From contig JBPOGI010000003.1 in the NCBI GenBank assembly GCA_051251855.1, forward strand, positions 288,001-352,000: DNA of 64,000 bases. Reading direction: 5' to 3'. Source of the stretch: Roseibacillus sp. Lineage in GTDB: Bacteria > Verrucomicrobiota > Verrucomicrobiia > Verrucomicrobiales > Akkermansiaceae. The position numbers and the translations under genes were made by a program. Positions 43,791 to 53,041 of this stretch are shown piece after piece. The notes under the pieces are model-generated. The model did not search any database. It saw only the letters and a program-made list of their open reading frames with translations, and had not been told where the DNA came from. How positions within the stretch are numbered: the first letter of the stretch is position 1; the number at the start of each line of letters is the position of its first letter.

Positions 43791-45146
43791 TTACTCCAAT
43801 CCGTAGTAGCGGCAGAAGGAGTCGAGTTTGCCGTCGGGGCGGATGACGTGGGTGCAGCAGCGGTCGATGCGGTCGTCGTCCCAAGTGGAGGCATCCATGA
43901 AGGGCTTGATGAAGAGGCGGTAGGTGTCCTTTTCGCGGAGCTCGAATTTCTTGAGGATTTCGCCCAGCTCGGTGTTGTCGCAGCCGCATTGCACGAGGTC
44001 TGAGAGGTTGTATCGAATCTTGTCCTGCAAGAATCCCTGCACTTTTGCGAAGTCGAAAAAGTGGGAAACGCTACGCGTGCCGAGGGGGGTCTTGAGCAGG
44101 TAGCCGATGGTGGCGCAGTTTGGATCGCCACAGGGCAGGGGAGTAAAGTCGTCGGGCCCGAGTTCTTCTCCCGATTGTTCCATCAAGCCGAGGATGACGT
44201 CCGCTGTATTGAGGCGCCGCTCTTGGGCGTGGGTGCGGCCAGAGTGGAACATGGGTTGAAAGGACACTCCGCGACAGCTCTCGAACTCGAGACCGAATTG
44301 CACTGTCTCCCACAAGTGGGGAAGGTTCTCGGGAGTGACGGTCATGGCGAGGGTGACGGGGAGGTCGATTTCTTCGCAGTTGGCGAGAGCCTTCTTCTTC
44401 ATGGTGCGCAAGTCGGAGCCACGGAGTTCGACCTGGCCTGCTTCTTGGGGGCCGTCGAATTGGAGGTAGAGCTGGATGTGGCCTCGGTCCGTGCGTTTGG
44501 AGAGTTCTGTTAGGAAGTCTTTGTCGCCAGCGAGTTTGACGCCGTTGGTGTTGATGAGGGCATAGTCGATACGGGGTTCGTCGTGAATCCAGTCTAACAA
44601 TTCGAAGAACTCAGGATGGAGGGTAGGCTCGCCTCCGGAGAGTTGGAGGAGTTCGATGTGGCCTTTACGATCGAGGACTCCGGTGATGCGCTGTTGCAGG
44701 GCGGCGAGGGAATGATACTTGAGGCGCTCGCCGGTGCCGGCGGGGGAGTCGGCGAAGCAGGTGGGGCAGGCGAGGTTACAGGAGTCGACGATCTCGATGA
44801 GAGCGAGACAGGTGGAGAGTTGCTCGATGGTGTCGGGTTGGCCTGCGTTTTTACCTAAGGTTCCTGGGAGACCTGCGGAATCTGCGGGGGAGCAGGCGCA
44901 ACCGGGGCCACAGCGGTTGTCGTCGGAGCCTTGTGCGAGCCAGTAAAAGCGGGCATCGGAGGAGATGAGGGAAGTGGAGGAACCGTGCTCGGGGCAGGTG
45001 CGGCGGAGATGGACCTCGGATTTACCGGAGTCAGTGTTGAGCTTGAGGACTTCGGCTGGCACGCGGGTATGGCATTCCGGACAGCGGGAAGTGGTGCGTT
45101 TGAGTTCGCGTGGATCGCGGGAGAGGATGGGTGGGAGGTTGTTCAT
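43791..45146 (-). CDS. Radical SAM enzyme, Tes/MJ0619 (tetraether synthase)-like family
   Basis: N-terminal CPEC...CPEH metal site, CNLACPTC, LSGGEPTLHP, NTNG, YLQFDG, PLPCGDPNC, PFMD...RCCTH...SFCRY. Confidence 0.85.
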   Translation of the reverse strand: MNNLPPILSRDPRELKRTTSRCPECHTRVPAEVLKLNTDSGKSEVHLRRTCPEHGSSTSLISSDARFYWLAQGSDDNRCGPGCACSPADSAGLPGTLGKNAGQPDTIEQLSTCLALIEIVDSCNLACPTCFADSPAGTGERLKYHSLAALQQRITGVLDRKGHIELLQLSGGEPTLHPEFFELLDWIHDEPRIDYALINTNGVKLAGDKDFLTELSKRTDRGHIQLYLQFDGPQEAGQVELRGSDLRTMKKKALANCEEIDLPVTLAMTVTPENLPHLWETVQFGLEFESCRGVSFQPMFHSGRTHAQERRLNTADVILGLMEQSGEELGPDDFTPLPCGDPNCATIGYLLKTPLGTRSVSHFFDFAKVQGFLQDKIRYNLSDLVQCGCDNTELGEILKKFELREKDTYRLFIKPFMDASTWDDDRIDRCCTHVIRPDGKLDSFCRYYGLE

Positions 45147-45508
45147 AAAGAGAAGAGCATACACCCGAAGCCGATGGAAAAAACCACAGCGGGAGCGACG
45201 AGAATTTGGAGGAGACAGAAGATGAGTGTTTTCCAAGCCACCGAGCCTAGGGTTACACATTCACTGCCGTCTTCGGCTGTGATTTTTAGAATAGCGGCAA
45301 AGATGCCGCTACCCAAAAGAACGAACACTAAAACAAACCAGAAGCCGAGTTCGACGAGGTTGGGATTATGGCTGGCACGGTAGGTGAAAACGTAGGAGAG
45401 GAAAGCGAACCCAATGAAAGAGGCTCCCGGGAGAATCCAGCAGAAAAAAGTTAACCACGCATGTGCAGCAGTTGGCTGAGGTCGTGGAGGTGGAGGGGGG
45501 CTTTCGAT
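45143..45508 (-). CDS. 3-TM membrane protein with a C-terminal FGC (start non-canonical or lost)
   Basis: Frame open from 45574: IESPPPPPRPQP...3 helices...FSIGFGCMLFSL; ATC at 45508 lies downstream of GGGAG; ATGA overlap with the rSAM gene. Confidence 0.6.
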   Translation of the reverse strand: MESPPPPPRPQPTAAHAWLTFFCWILPGASFIGFAFLSYVFTYRASHNPNLVELGFWFVLVFVLLGSGIFAAILKITAEDGSECVTLGSVAWKTLIFCLLQILVAPAVVFSIGFGCMLFSL

Positions 45509-45574
45509 AGTAAGATGATAACTCCCGAGTTTCCTCTGTCGAAATTGATTTCTTCGATGAAGGGATTGAATGGA

Positions 45575-46663
45575 TCAATCAGAGTTCTCGCGCTGCCACC
45601 TCGCTTCGAAATCACCTTTCGACTTTACCCAGCCCACAGCTAAGACTTTTTCAATTTCGAATTGTCGTCGTCGGGCGTCATCAGGGTGACTTTTGAGTTG
45701 AAGAGTCATCCGTTTCTCCGCGGTGAGTTCGCGGGTAAGAATTCTCTCGGTGACTGAGCCAGCGGCTGCGTAGGCAGTGACAGCCTCTTGCTCAAGATCT
45801 GGGCTGGTGAGGCGGTAGGCGCGCCAGAGCCTTTCATCCGCAAAACGAAAATTGTAGTAGCTGTCTGGGATGGCTTGGATACGAACCTCGGCGGATTCCT
45901 CTGTTCGCTTGATACTTGGGTTTTCGGTTTCTTCTAACCAGTGAGTGAGGGCCCTGCTGTGTCGGGCGTAGGCCTCCCAATCGACTTTGGGGCCGTCATC
46001 GGTTCTTACCACGAAGAGGATGCGGGCATCGCCGTTTGCGAATCGGGTTTGGTAGCGTTCGATGCTGAGATCTCCCGCAATCACTTCGCCCATGGGCTTG
46101 CCCGAGACCCCGACTTCAGAAACAGCTTGGGGTGGGAAATTGGGAAGGAGAGTAGCGATACGTTCGGGGTCGAGGCAGTGCTTGAGACGTTCATTAACAT
46201 CGTCGGTTTTGGCAAATGCCATCGCCACGACATGGGGCAAAGGGCCTTCCACGGGGGTGAGATTCATGGCCGCGATCTCGTCGTCCATGGTTTGCTCAGG
46301 GACTGAGGAAGGGGATGTCTCGGCGACTTCTTTTCTGTTTTTTAGGAAAGAGAGAAGGAGAGCTCCGAGGATAAATAATGAAACAAGGGCAAGAGTGAAG
46401 ATGAGCCACTTCGGAGCTTTGGCTTCGACTCTGCTGCTGCCATCGGTCCATACCCCCTTGCGCGATTTTCTAGCTCTTCTTTGTTCGACAACGGGAGCCT
46501 GTTTTTGATGTTTCGAACGGTTCTTGTATGGTTTTGCGGGAACTTGCTGGGGAGCGTTCGCTTGCGCTGACTGGCATTTTTTCTCGTTGGATTTTTGCCA
46601 AGAAGCATTCGAGCGATCGGGTCTTTCCAAACCCCTTCTTTCTTCAAGCTTCCGAATCTTCAT
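45575..46663 (-). CDS. Hypothetical single-TM protein
   Basis: Basic N-terminus, one TM helix, periplasmic domain with PKVDWEAY and DSYYNFRF. Confidence 0.7.
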   Translation of the reverse strand: MKIRKLEERRGLERPDRSNASWQKSNEKKCQSAQANAPQQVPAKPYKNRSKHQKQAPVVEQRRARKSRKGVWTDGSSRVEAKAPKWLIFTLALVSLFILGALLLSFLKNRKEVAETSPSSVPEQTMDDEIAAMNLTPVEGPLPHVVAMAFAKTDDVNERLKHCLDPERIATLLPNFPPQAVSEVGVSGKPMGEVIAGDLSIERYQTRFANGDARILFVVRTDDGPKVDWEAYARHSRALTHWLEETENPSIKRTEESAEVRIQAIPDSYYNFRFADERLWRAYRLTSPDLEQEAVTAYAAAGSVTERILTRELTAEKRMTLQLKSHPDDARRRQFEIEKVLAVGWVKSKGDFEARWQRENSD

Positions 46664-46712
46664 TGTTTATGCGAGGTGATCCTCCCCCTCGAGAAGGGTG
46701 GTGATTAATAGG

Positions 46713-46726
46713 TGCATATAATTGCA
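46713..46726. promoter_or_regulatory. Putative operator TGCA-N6-TGCA (copy 3)
   Basis: TGCATATAATTGCA in a divergent intergenic region. Confidence 0.6.
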
Positions 46727-46795
46727 TTGTTAATCCACGTCAATTCAGTTTAATTTTAAGTGGAGTGTGGTGAGGTGTTCCTTGTTCTCACTAGT

Positions 46796-47920
46796 ATGCG
46801 TAAAAAAATCATGTCGATTTATCAATTCGGGACTTTCTTGACTGTTCTTTTTGTCTCTCTGTCGTGTTCGAGTTGTCGTGAGCAGGAAGAGAGCTCAGTG
46901 ATTCCGCCGGAGAGAGAGCCTGAGGTGGTTTTTCAGGTGCCGGTGCCTGAACTCCCTGAGTTGGATTGGCAGACTGTAAGGGCCTTCAATCTTCCTTTGA
47001 ACAATCCGCCCCACGTTTGGCCAGAAGAGGCGGTGTTCATGCGAAAAAGTGACATCGTCTTGGGGGTGCTCCTCGGCGATGAGGCGAGAGCTTATCCTTG
47101 GGATCTCTTATCAAACTTTCATGCAGTGAATGACTATCTGGATGGTCAACCCATCATTGTCAATTTGTGCGAAGCTTGTAATGGGGGGGCTGCTTTTTTG
47201 GCTACTTTGCCCGACACGGTGATCGATATTCGTCCCCGAGGTCTGAAAAACGGAACTTGGTATGGAGTCGATTTTCAAACTGGGAGTCTCTGGTACCCTT
47301 TTGTGGGGGAGGCGTTCGAGGGGCCGTTGAAGGGGACGAAATTAGAGCGCATTCGAGTCTATTTTTCGAGCTGGGGAGACTGGATTCGTGACCATCCTAA
47401 TTCATCAGTGGTAATGACCTCTCATGAAGTGAAAATGCGGCCTCACGCGCGCCAAAGCCGGATGGCCGATCCTTCCACATTTAATCCTCAGTATTTGAAA
47501 CGAATCGTCAGAGCGCAAAAGAATCCTAGGCGCTCCCTCTTACCTGGGAATACTTTGGTCTTTGGCCTTATTCCTAAAGAGGGGGAGCCGGCGCGGGCCT
47601 TTACCGTTGAATCGTTGGGTGACACCAAGTCTCTCGTTCAGACGAGTCTGAGCGACACGCCTATCGTGCTGTTGTTGCAGAATCGCTATCAGATTGGAGC
47701 GTATCAGCGACTTTTCAAAGGGCAGGAGCTCAAGTTCGAGCTCACATCCAAAACTCCCTTGGTGATGAAGGACCAGCTGGGTAATCGCTGGGATATGTGG
47801 GGGCGGACTCTTGCGGGGCCGAATCATCCTAGCGAATTGGAATTGGCGGATGGCTATCTGGCAAAATGGTATGAGTGGATTGAGAACTTCCCAGAAACAG
47901 AGGTTGTTAAGGTTGAATAG
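46796..47920 (+). CDS. DUF3179 domain protein, probable lipoprotein
   Basis: VLGV...EARAYP, HAVND, CEAC, TGSLW...GEAFEGPLKG, W..W...HP; lipobox-like LSCSSC. Confidence 0.8.
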   Translation: MRKKIMSIYQFGTFLTVLFVSLSCSSCREQEESSVIPPEREPEVVFQVPVPELPELDWQTVRAFNLPLNNPPHVWPEEAVFMRKSDIVLGVLLGDEARAYPWDLLSNFHAVNDYLDGQPIIVNLCEACNGGAAFLATLPDTVIDIRPRGLKNGTWYGVDFQTGSLWYPFVGEAFEGPLKGTKLERIRVYFSSWGDWIRDHPNSSVVMTSHEVKMRPHARQSRMADPSTFNPQYLKRIVRAQKNPRRSLLPGNTLVFGLIPKEGEPARAFTVESLGDTKSLVQTSLSDTPIVLLLQNRYQIGAYQRLFKGQELKFELTSKTPLVMKDQLGNRWDMWGRTLAGPNHPSELELADGYLAKWYEWIENFPETEVVKVE

Positions 47921-47972
47921 AAGGGCGACCTTTCATCTGTCTGTTGGATTTTGATTCTAAAATTCTTGCTAA

Positions 47973-47986
47973 TACAATTTCATGCA
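47973..47986. promoter_or_regulatory. Putative operator TGCA-N6-TGCA (copy 4)
   Basis: TACAATTTCATGCA upstream of the CRTAC1-family gene. Confidence 0.5.
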
Positions 47987-48075
47987 ATTCAATAGCCTTC
48001 GGCTAAATTGAAAGGTTGAGTCTGTTCTCGGCTTTCAAAAATCTTTTCTACTCATTCTCACCTCTCAAAAATCGC

Positions 48076-50457
48076 ATGAACTTTCTGATTTATTCCTGTG
48101 TTCAGCTTCGTTCCTCATTGGTTCGTAGCCGTTTCTTCCTTTGCACTCTTATTGGGTGGGGAATGGTGTTGGCTTTCTCCTCCTTGTCGATTGTCTATGC
48201 GGAGGTGATCTCGGCAGAGCCCCAAGAAATTTTAGAAGAGCGAAAGGTGCTGGATGAGACCGTCTGGGAGGACGAGGTGGAGGCGCAAGAATATGAAACC
48301 GTTTTTGTGAGTCTTTGGGATCGGATTCGTGATGAAGACGGGCCTTTCAAGCTTTCGATTCTTGCTGACTTTCCTTTCAACGGTGAACTGACGATGGGAA
48401 CGCGGGGGAAGGCGGAACCGCTGGAACAGGGAATGACCCAAACCTACTTTGAGAACGAGACGCTGCAGACTTTCACCGCTTCGAAGTGGCGTAATTATGT
48501 TCGTGCTTTCAAAGCAGCGGGTATCGAGGTGGTTCAGACCGAATGGCATCATAGTCGGTTCGTGCCAGGCACGGAGACTTCGGCTCCCAAGTCTGAAATC
48601 TCTTTTGCGATTCACGCCAAGCGCGAGTCGACGCAAACGGCCTTCGCCTTCAAGGGTGAGCTTGAGGTGCAATGGTCAAAAGACGATCCGAGCGAACGAT
48701 TGGATGGCGCGGTGCCTGATTCTCTCACGGTCACGAAGCTCAAGATGAAAGAGCGGACGGGCGGCGGAGGTTTCAATCAAATTTGGGAAGCGCGGCATGG
48801 TCGGGAGGACTGGATCTCAGCCTATCCGATTCTGGCCTACGATCTGGATGGGGACGGGCTTTCTGAAATCATCCTTCCTCGCTGGAATCGGGTCTACCGG
48901 AATATGGGTGATCGCGAGTTCAAGCGGGAAGACTTTCTCGCTCATCCTGTTGATATCTGGGAAGCGGCGATTCTTTCGGACTTTAACGGCGATGGTCATG
49001 TTGATTTCGTGACGGTGGGGAAAGATGGTTCCCCTTATTTCTTTGCTGGCACGGCAGAGGGTAAGTTCCCAACCGAGGGAAAAGTCTGTGCGGATGTTCA
49101 CTTTGATATGCCGACTTCAGTGACGGCGGGCGATGTCGATGGCGATGGCGACCTCGACCTGTGGATGGCGCAATACAAGCTCTCTTTCATGGATGGTCAG
49201 ATGCCCACTCCCTACTATGATGCGAATGATGGCCCTCCCTCCTACTATCTGGAAAATGATGGGAACGGTTCCTTCATTGAAAAGACGGAGAGTGTTGGCC
49301 TAGCTCCTTTGCGCAACCGACGAACCTACTCAGCATCCTTCGTCGATCTTGATGAGGATGGCGATCTCGATCTGATGAATGTTTCCGATTACGCGGGCCT
49401 CGATATCTATGAGAACACGGGGAAGGGCCAATTCGAACTCGCGACCGAGGACTATGTCGATCAGCGCCACTTCTTTGGGATGGGGCATACGATCGGGGAT
49501 TATAATGCGGATGGGTTGCTCGACTTTTACGTCATAGGGATGTCTTCCACCACGGCCCGTCGATTGGACCGGCTGAATCTTGGGCGCGAGGACCGACCCG
49601 ACGTGCATCCGATGAGGGGGCCGATGGGCTATGGCAATCGCATGTATTACGGGACCAACGAAAAGAGTTTTCAGGAGGATAAGGAAGTGGCAGGTGCGGT
49701 GGCACGGACGGGATGGTCTTGGGGCACGACGAGCTTCGACTTTGATTTAGACGGGGATCAGGACATCTATGTGGCGAATGGACACCGGAGCGGGAAGTCT
49801 TGTTCGGACTATTGCTCGACCTTTTGGAGGCATGATATCTATACCGGTGACTCGAAGGCGAACCCGCTTCTGTTAGAAGTGTTTGCGACCACTCTCCAGG
49901 ACCTGAATAAGGATGAGGTGTCTTGGAATGGGTATGAGAAGAATGTTCTGTTCGTGAATCACGAGGACCGGAGTGAGCGCTTTGTGAATGGCTCCTTCAT
50001 GTTCGGCGCGGCGCATTCCTACGATGCGCGCTGTGTGATTTCCGACGACTTGGATGGTGACGGGCGTCCGGATTTGATTGTGGCGGAGTCCAAGTGGGAT
50101 GGCCGTGGTTCCGCTCTCATCATTCGCGCCTTTGGCAACGATGTCGAAATCGATCCGGACAACAATTGGATTTCGATTCAACTTAGAGAGTCTGCCGGCG
50201 CGGGACACTCTCCCAATGGAGCGAAGGTCGCGATTACCGATGATTCCGGGCGTGTGCAGACGAAGTGGATTGTGAGCGGGGACTCGTTCTTGTCCCAGCA
50301 TGCTCCGGTGGCTCACTTTGGTTTAGGTCATGTTAAAGGAGTAAAGTCTGTGGAAGTGACTTGGCCGAATGGGAAGATCGAGAAGCATGATGCTGATTCT
50401 TCGGTGAATACGATGCTAACTTTGCGGGGCAGCGAGCTGAGTTCATCTTCGGAGTAG
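48076..50457 (+). CDS. CRTAC1 family protein (FG-GAP/VCBS repeats plus ASPIC/UnbV domain)
   Basis: Repeated D.DGDG..D, GWSWG, VANGH, GDSFLSQ...HFGLG, VTWPNG; start uncertain. Confidence 0.88.
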   Translation: MNFLIYSCVQLRSSLVRSRFFLCTLIGWGMVLAFSSLSIVYAEVISAEPQEILEERKVLDETVWEDEVEAQEYETVFVSLWDRIRDEDGPFKLSILADFPFNGELTMGTRGKAEPLEQGMTQTYFENETLQTFTASKWRNYVRAFKAAGIEVVQTEWHHSRFVPGTETSAPKSEISFAIHAKRESTQTAFAFKGELEVQWSKDDPSERLDGAVPDSLTVTKLKMKERTGGGGFNQIWEARHGREDWISAYPILAYDLDGDGLSEIILPRWNRVYRNMGDREFKREDFLAHPVDIWEAAILSDFNGDGHVDFVTVGKDGSPYFFAGTAEGKFPTEGKVCADVHFDMPTSVTAGDVDGDGDLDLWMAQYKLSFMDGQMPTPYYDANDGPPSYYLENDGNGSFIEKTESVGLAPLRNRRTYSASFVDLDEDGDLDLMNVSDYAGLDIYENTGKGQFELATEDYVDQRHFFGMGHTIGDYNADGLLDFYVIGMSSTTARRLDRLNLGREDRPDVHPMRGPMGYGNRMYYGTNEKSFQEDKEVAGAVARTGWSWGTTSFDFDLDGDQDIYVANGHRSGKSCSDYCSTFWRHDIYTGDSKANPLLLEVFATTLQDLNKDEVSWNGYEKNVLFVNHEDRSERFVNGSFMFGAAHSYDARCVISDDLDGDGRPDLIVAESKWDGRGSALIIRAFGNDVEIDPDNNWISIQLRESAGAGHSPNGAKVAITDDSGRVQTKWIVSGDSFLSQHAPVAHFGLGHVKGVKSVEVTWPNGKIEKHDADSSVNTMLTLRGSELSSSSE

Positions 50458-50690
50458 ATCGTGGGTGCAAGGGTGGGGCTGTCTGGCCCTAGGCCGCTGA
50501 AGATACTCATTACAGAGGTCGTAGGCTTTTCCCCGTGGGTCAGAACATTCGTGAGTTTTCTGATGCTCCCTCTTCGATAGCTTAAGATCTTGCAGGTTTG
50601 ATTGACGACCCATTCGAAAAAGTGCCTGACCATGCAATGGATGATCACGGCGCGGCAGGGCCGCCACTCCCTACCGGTAGATTCTTGGGC

Positions 50691-50726
50691 ATAAAAAAAC
50701 GCGCTCTTCGAAAAGAGCGCGTTTAT
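50691..50726. terminator. Bidirectional intrinsic terminator
   Basis: aaacgcgctctt-cgaa-aagagcgcgttt between convergent genes. Confidence 0.85.
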
Positions 50727-50754
50727 GAGAAAAATTTGTTCTCTAAAGTCGTGC

Positions 50755-51438
50755 TTAGCGGCGACGACGAACGAGAAGGCCTGCAAGACCTAATCCGAGA
50801 AGGCTGAAAGCAGAAGGCTCAGGAATGACCACAAAGCCGACGTTATCGAATCCGATCGAAGATTGAAGATTACCACCAGCATTGTTGGAAACTGGAGTCA
50901 AGAGAGGGACTACTTTGACAGCTAATGCAGCTGGATCAATGGTGTAGGACCATGTGTAGTTCGCCCAAGAGCTGGACTGTCCAGAAGCTGGCATATCACC
51001 ACTATTGGTCAGGATCGTGGGAGCACCGCCCCCGTCAACACCCCAAGATTCCAATTTGACTCCACCAAGGCCATCGCCTGAGATGTTAATCATGTCCATG
51101 CTGAAGTCATAAGTTTCTCCGGCAACAAGGCCCAAATCTCCGAGTGGGATTCCATCGTTTCCTGGGTATTGGAAGTCAGCAGGAGAAACGAGTCCACCAC
51201 CCCAAGCTCCAGCGGTGTTGTCAACGAGGCCATAGCCACCGGTGTTTCCGCCAGTGGAAGGGTAAGATATTAAGGTCTCTGCCACAACAACAGGAGGGTC
51301 GCCGGCTGTTTGTATAGAAGCGAAAGAGCCCCAGCTGGTACCACCCGCGGAAAAGTCCCCGTTAGGAACAAGGTTCAAGACTGCGCTCGCGGAGCCGATC
51401 ATCCCGATGCTAGTCAGGCTTACAATTAGTTTTTTCAT
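50755..51438 (-). CDS. PEP-CTERM sorting domain protein with one CBM-like domain
   Basis: Signal peptide MKKLIV...ASA; LVPNGDFS domain homologous to the 8182 gene; IPEPSAFSLLGLGLAGLLVRRRR. Confidence 0.9.
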   Translation of the reverse strand: MKKLIVSLTSIGMIGSASAVLNLVPNGDFSAGGTSWGSFASIQTAGDPPVVVAETLISYPSTGGNTGGYGLVDNTAGAWGGGLVSPADFQYPGNDGIPLGDLGLVAGETYDFSMDMINISGDGLGGVKLESWGVDGGGAPTILTNSGDMPASGQSSSWANYTWSYTIDPAALAVKVVPLLTPVSNNAGGNLQSSIGFDNVGFVVIPEPSAFSLLGLGLAGLLVRRRR

Positions 51439-51492
51439 GTGTTTGGTTTTATGTTGGTTAATTGTGAAGCCACAATCCGCAGCCTCGTATGT

Positions 51493-51527
51493 TGCATAAA
51501 ATTGCAATCTAGTTGTATTAAATTGCA
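51493..51527. promoter_or_regulatory. Tandem putative operators (copies 5 and 6)
   Basis: TGCATAAAATTGCA (51493-51506) and TGTATTAAATTGCA (51514-51527), 21 bp apart start-to-start. Confidence 0.65.
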
Positions 51528-51723
51528 CTGATTTGGATTTTGCAATGATTAAATTGCCTTCATCTGGCTGGGCATCATCGCTCGCGAAGGTGAGACGGTT
51601 TATTCTTAGGTTCCCTTAAGGTGCTGATTGTGAGGGTGTCACCATGAGAAGATGGCGTCTAAAAAATTCGATTCGGAAGGGAATAACTTGGTGAAGTGGA
51701 GGGACCTTTCTATGGTTCGAGAG

Positions 51724-52644
51724 ATGAAGGTTTTCTACTCGATATTATTCGTTATGATGGGAATCGTTTCGGCAGGAGCGGAGGTAGCTTGGGTGTCGTT
51801 GAGCAAGGTGGGAGGCTTGAAGGCTTACAAGGGGCAGGTGGCGCTCTTTGGGGTGAAGGAGGAGTTGGAGAGTCTGACGATGGCGATTCGGGGAGAGGGG
51901 ATGGATTCGTTTGCCGTGGCAGATGTTCGCAAAGAGGAGAATGGGTTGTTGTTGCTGGAGATTGCGTTTCAGCCGACGGTTGAGCGGGGTTTCTTTTCGG
52001 CGGAGTTGGTGGTGGGTGCTGGTGAGGGGGCGCAGGTGATTCAGTTGCGCGGGGTGGCGATTAAAGCTTTGGAGGGGAAGAATGAGCCACCTTTACAGGA
52101 GGTCTTGGATTCTTTAGGTGCGGGGATTGATGTGGGCGGGGCGATGTTGTCGTTGAGCACAAGTGAGAAGACGATTGGGGATTCGGTGTCGGCGACTCGG
52201 TTTGAGCCGGTGAAGGGTGGTTCGGTGAAGTTGACGCCTTTGGCACGTTACTCGCCTCCGGGCGTGACTCCGTTTGGGTTGGCGATTGAGGAGGGGAAAG
52301 TGCTACGATTGGAGACGGTGGGTGAACTTGGAGCGACGAGCAAAGAGCGTCCGGATGCGCATCAGACTTTGCGGCCTCCTTTGAGTGGTGGCCAGGCAGT
52401 GGTGACTTTGGCGGAGCCGCCGAAACGGTTTGGTCTCTTTTTGAAGGCGCATAGGTATACTTCGTTGACGTTCCCTGGGCGGTCGGAGGGGGCGACGATT
52501 GAGCATACGGCGCGGATCTATCCGGTGAAGATGTTTCAGGGAAAAGCTGTGAAGGATGCGTATGTGGTGGGGTTTGAGGAGGCGTCGAATGGGGATTATC
52601 AAGATGCGGTGTTCTTGATTGAGGGCGTGAAGGCAGTGAAGTGA
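51724..52644 (+). CDS. Secreted hypothetical protein
   Basis: Signal peptide; C-terminal GFEEASNGDYQDAVF acidic motif (possible Ca binding). Confidence 0.7.
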   Translation: MKVFYSILFVMMGIVSAGAEVAWVSLSKVGGLKAYKGQVALFGVKEELESLTMAIRGEGMDSFAVADVRKEENGLLLLEIAFQPTVERGFFSAELVVGAGEGAQVIQLRGVAIKALEGKNEPPLQEVLDSLGAGIDVGGAMLSLSTSEKTIGDSVSATRFEPVKGGSVKLTPLARYSPPGVTPFGLAIEEGKVLRLETVGELGATSKERPDAHQTLRPPLSGGQAVVTLAEPPKRFGLFLKAHRYTSLTFPGRSEGATIEHTARIYPVKMFQGKAVKDAYVVGFEEASNGDYQDAVFLIEGVKAVK

Positions 52645-52856
52645 GGGGGCGGTGAGAAATTTCTTTGAACAGGAGGAAAGGAGTGGAGAGGAGCCCGACC
52701 GAGGTTTTGGTGACTGGTAGTGTTGTTCCGTCTGGAGAGAAAGCCTGTACTGGTGAGGTAACCATGGACTGGGACGGATAGTGGCGATGACTAAAGCCGA
52801 ATGGCTCTGTGATAGGCGGAAAATCAGAAGCTTATAAAAGAAGTGGACGCAGGCTC

Positions 52857-53002
52857 GGGAGAGTGGCTTTTCAAGCCGCTTGGGTGGATCTCGCTGAGAG
52901 GAGGGCGGACGAATCATGGCAGGAACAGCGGATTCGGGAACGAACAGGCCTACCTTCAACATTCTCTATTTTGAGATGGCGGCTTGGAAAGACCGCGCTC
53001 CC
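52857..53002. repeat. REPIN-like inverted REP doublet
   Basis: GGGAGAGTGGCTTTTCAAGCCGC (52857-52879) and, inverted, GGGAGCGCGGTCTTTCCAAGCCGC (52979-53002). Confidence 0.6.
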
Positions 53003-53041
53003 ATTTCTTTGCCTTCGGCGCTCCGCTCGGTTCTGAGTGTT

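Noticed and set aside
43736..44131. N-terminal extension of ORF 43208..44131
   Set aside because: Overlaps the rSAM gene in another frame; the GTG at 43735 gives a protein matching its paralogs
45575..45577. Selenocysteine at the in-frame TGA
   Set aside because: No redox-motif context and no convincing SECIS hairpin; the in-frame position may be chance
46705..46726. Sigma-54 promoter reading of the TTGCA motifs
   Set aside because: GG-to-GC spacing is 11 rather than 10 here, and the other copies lack the GG
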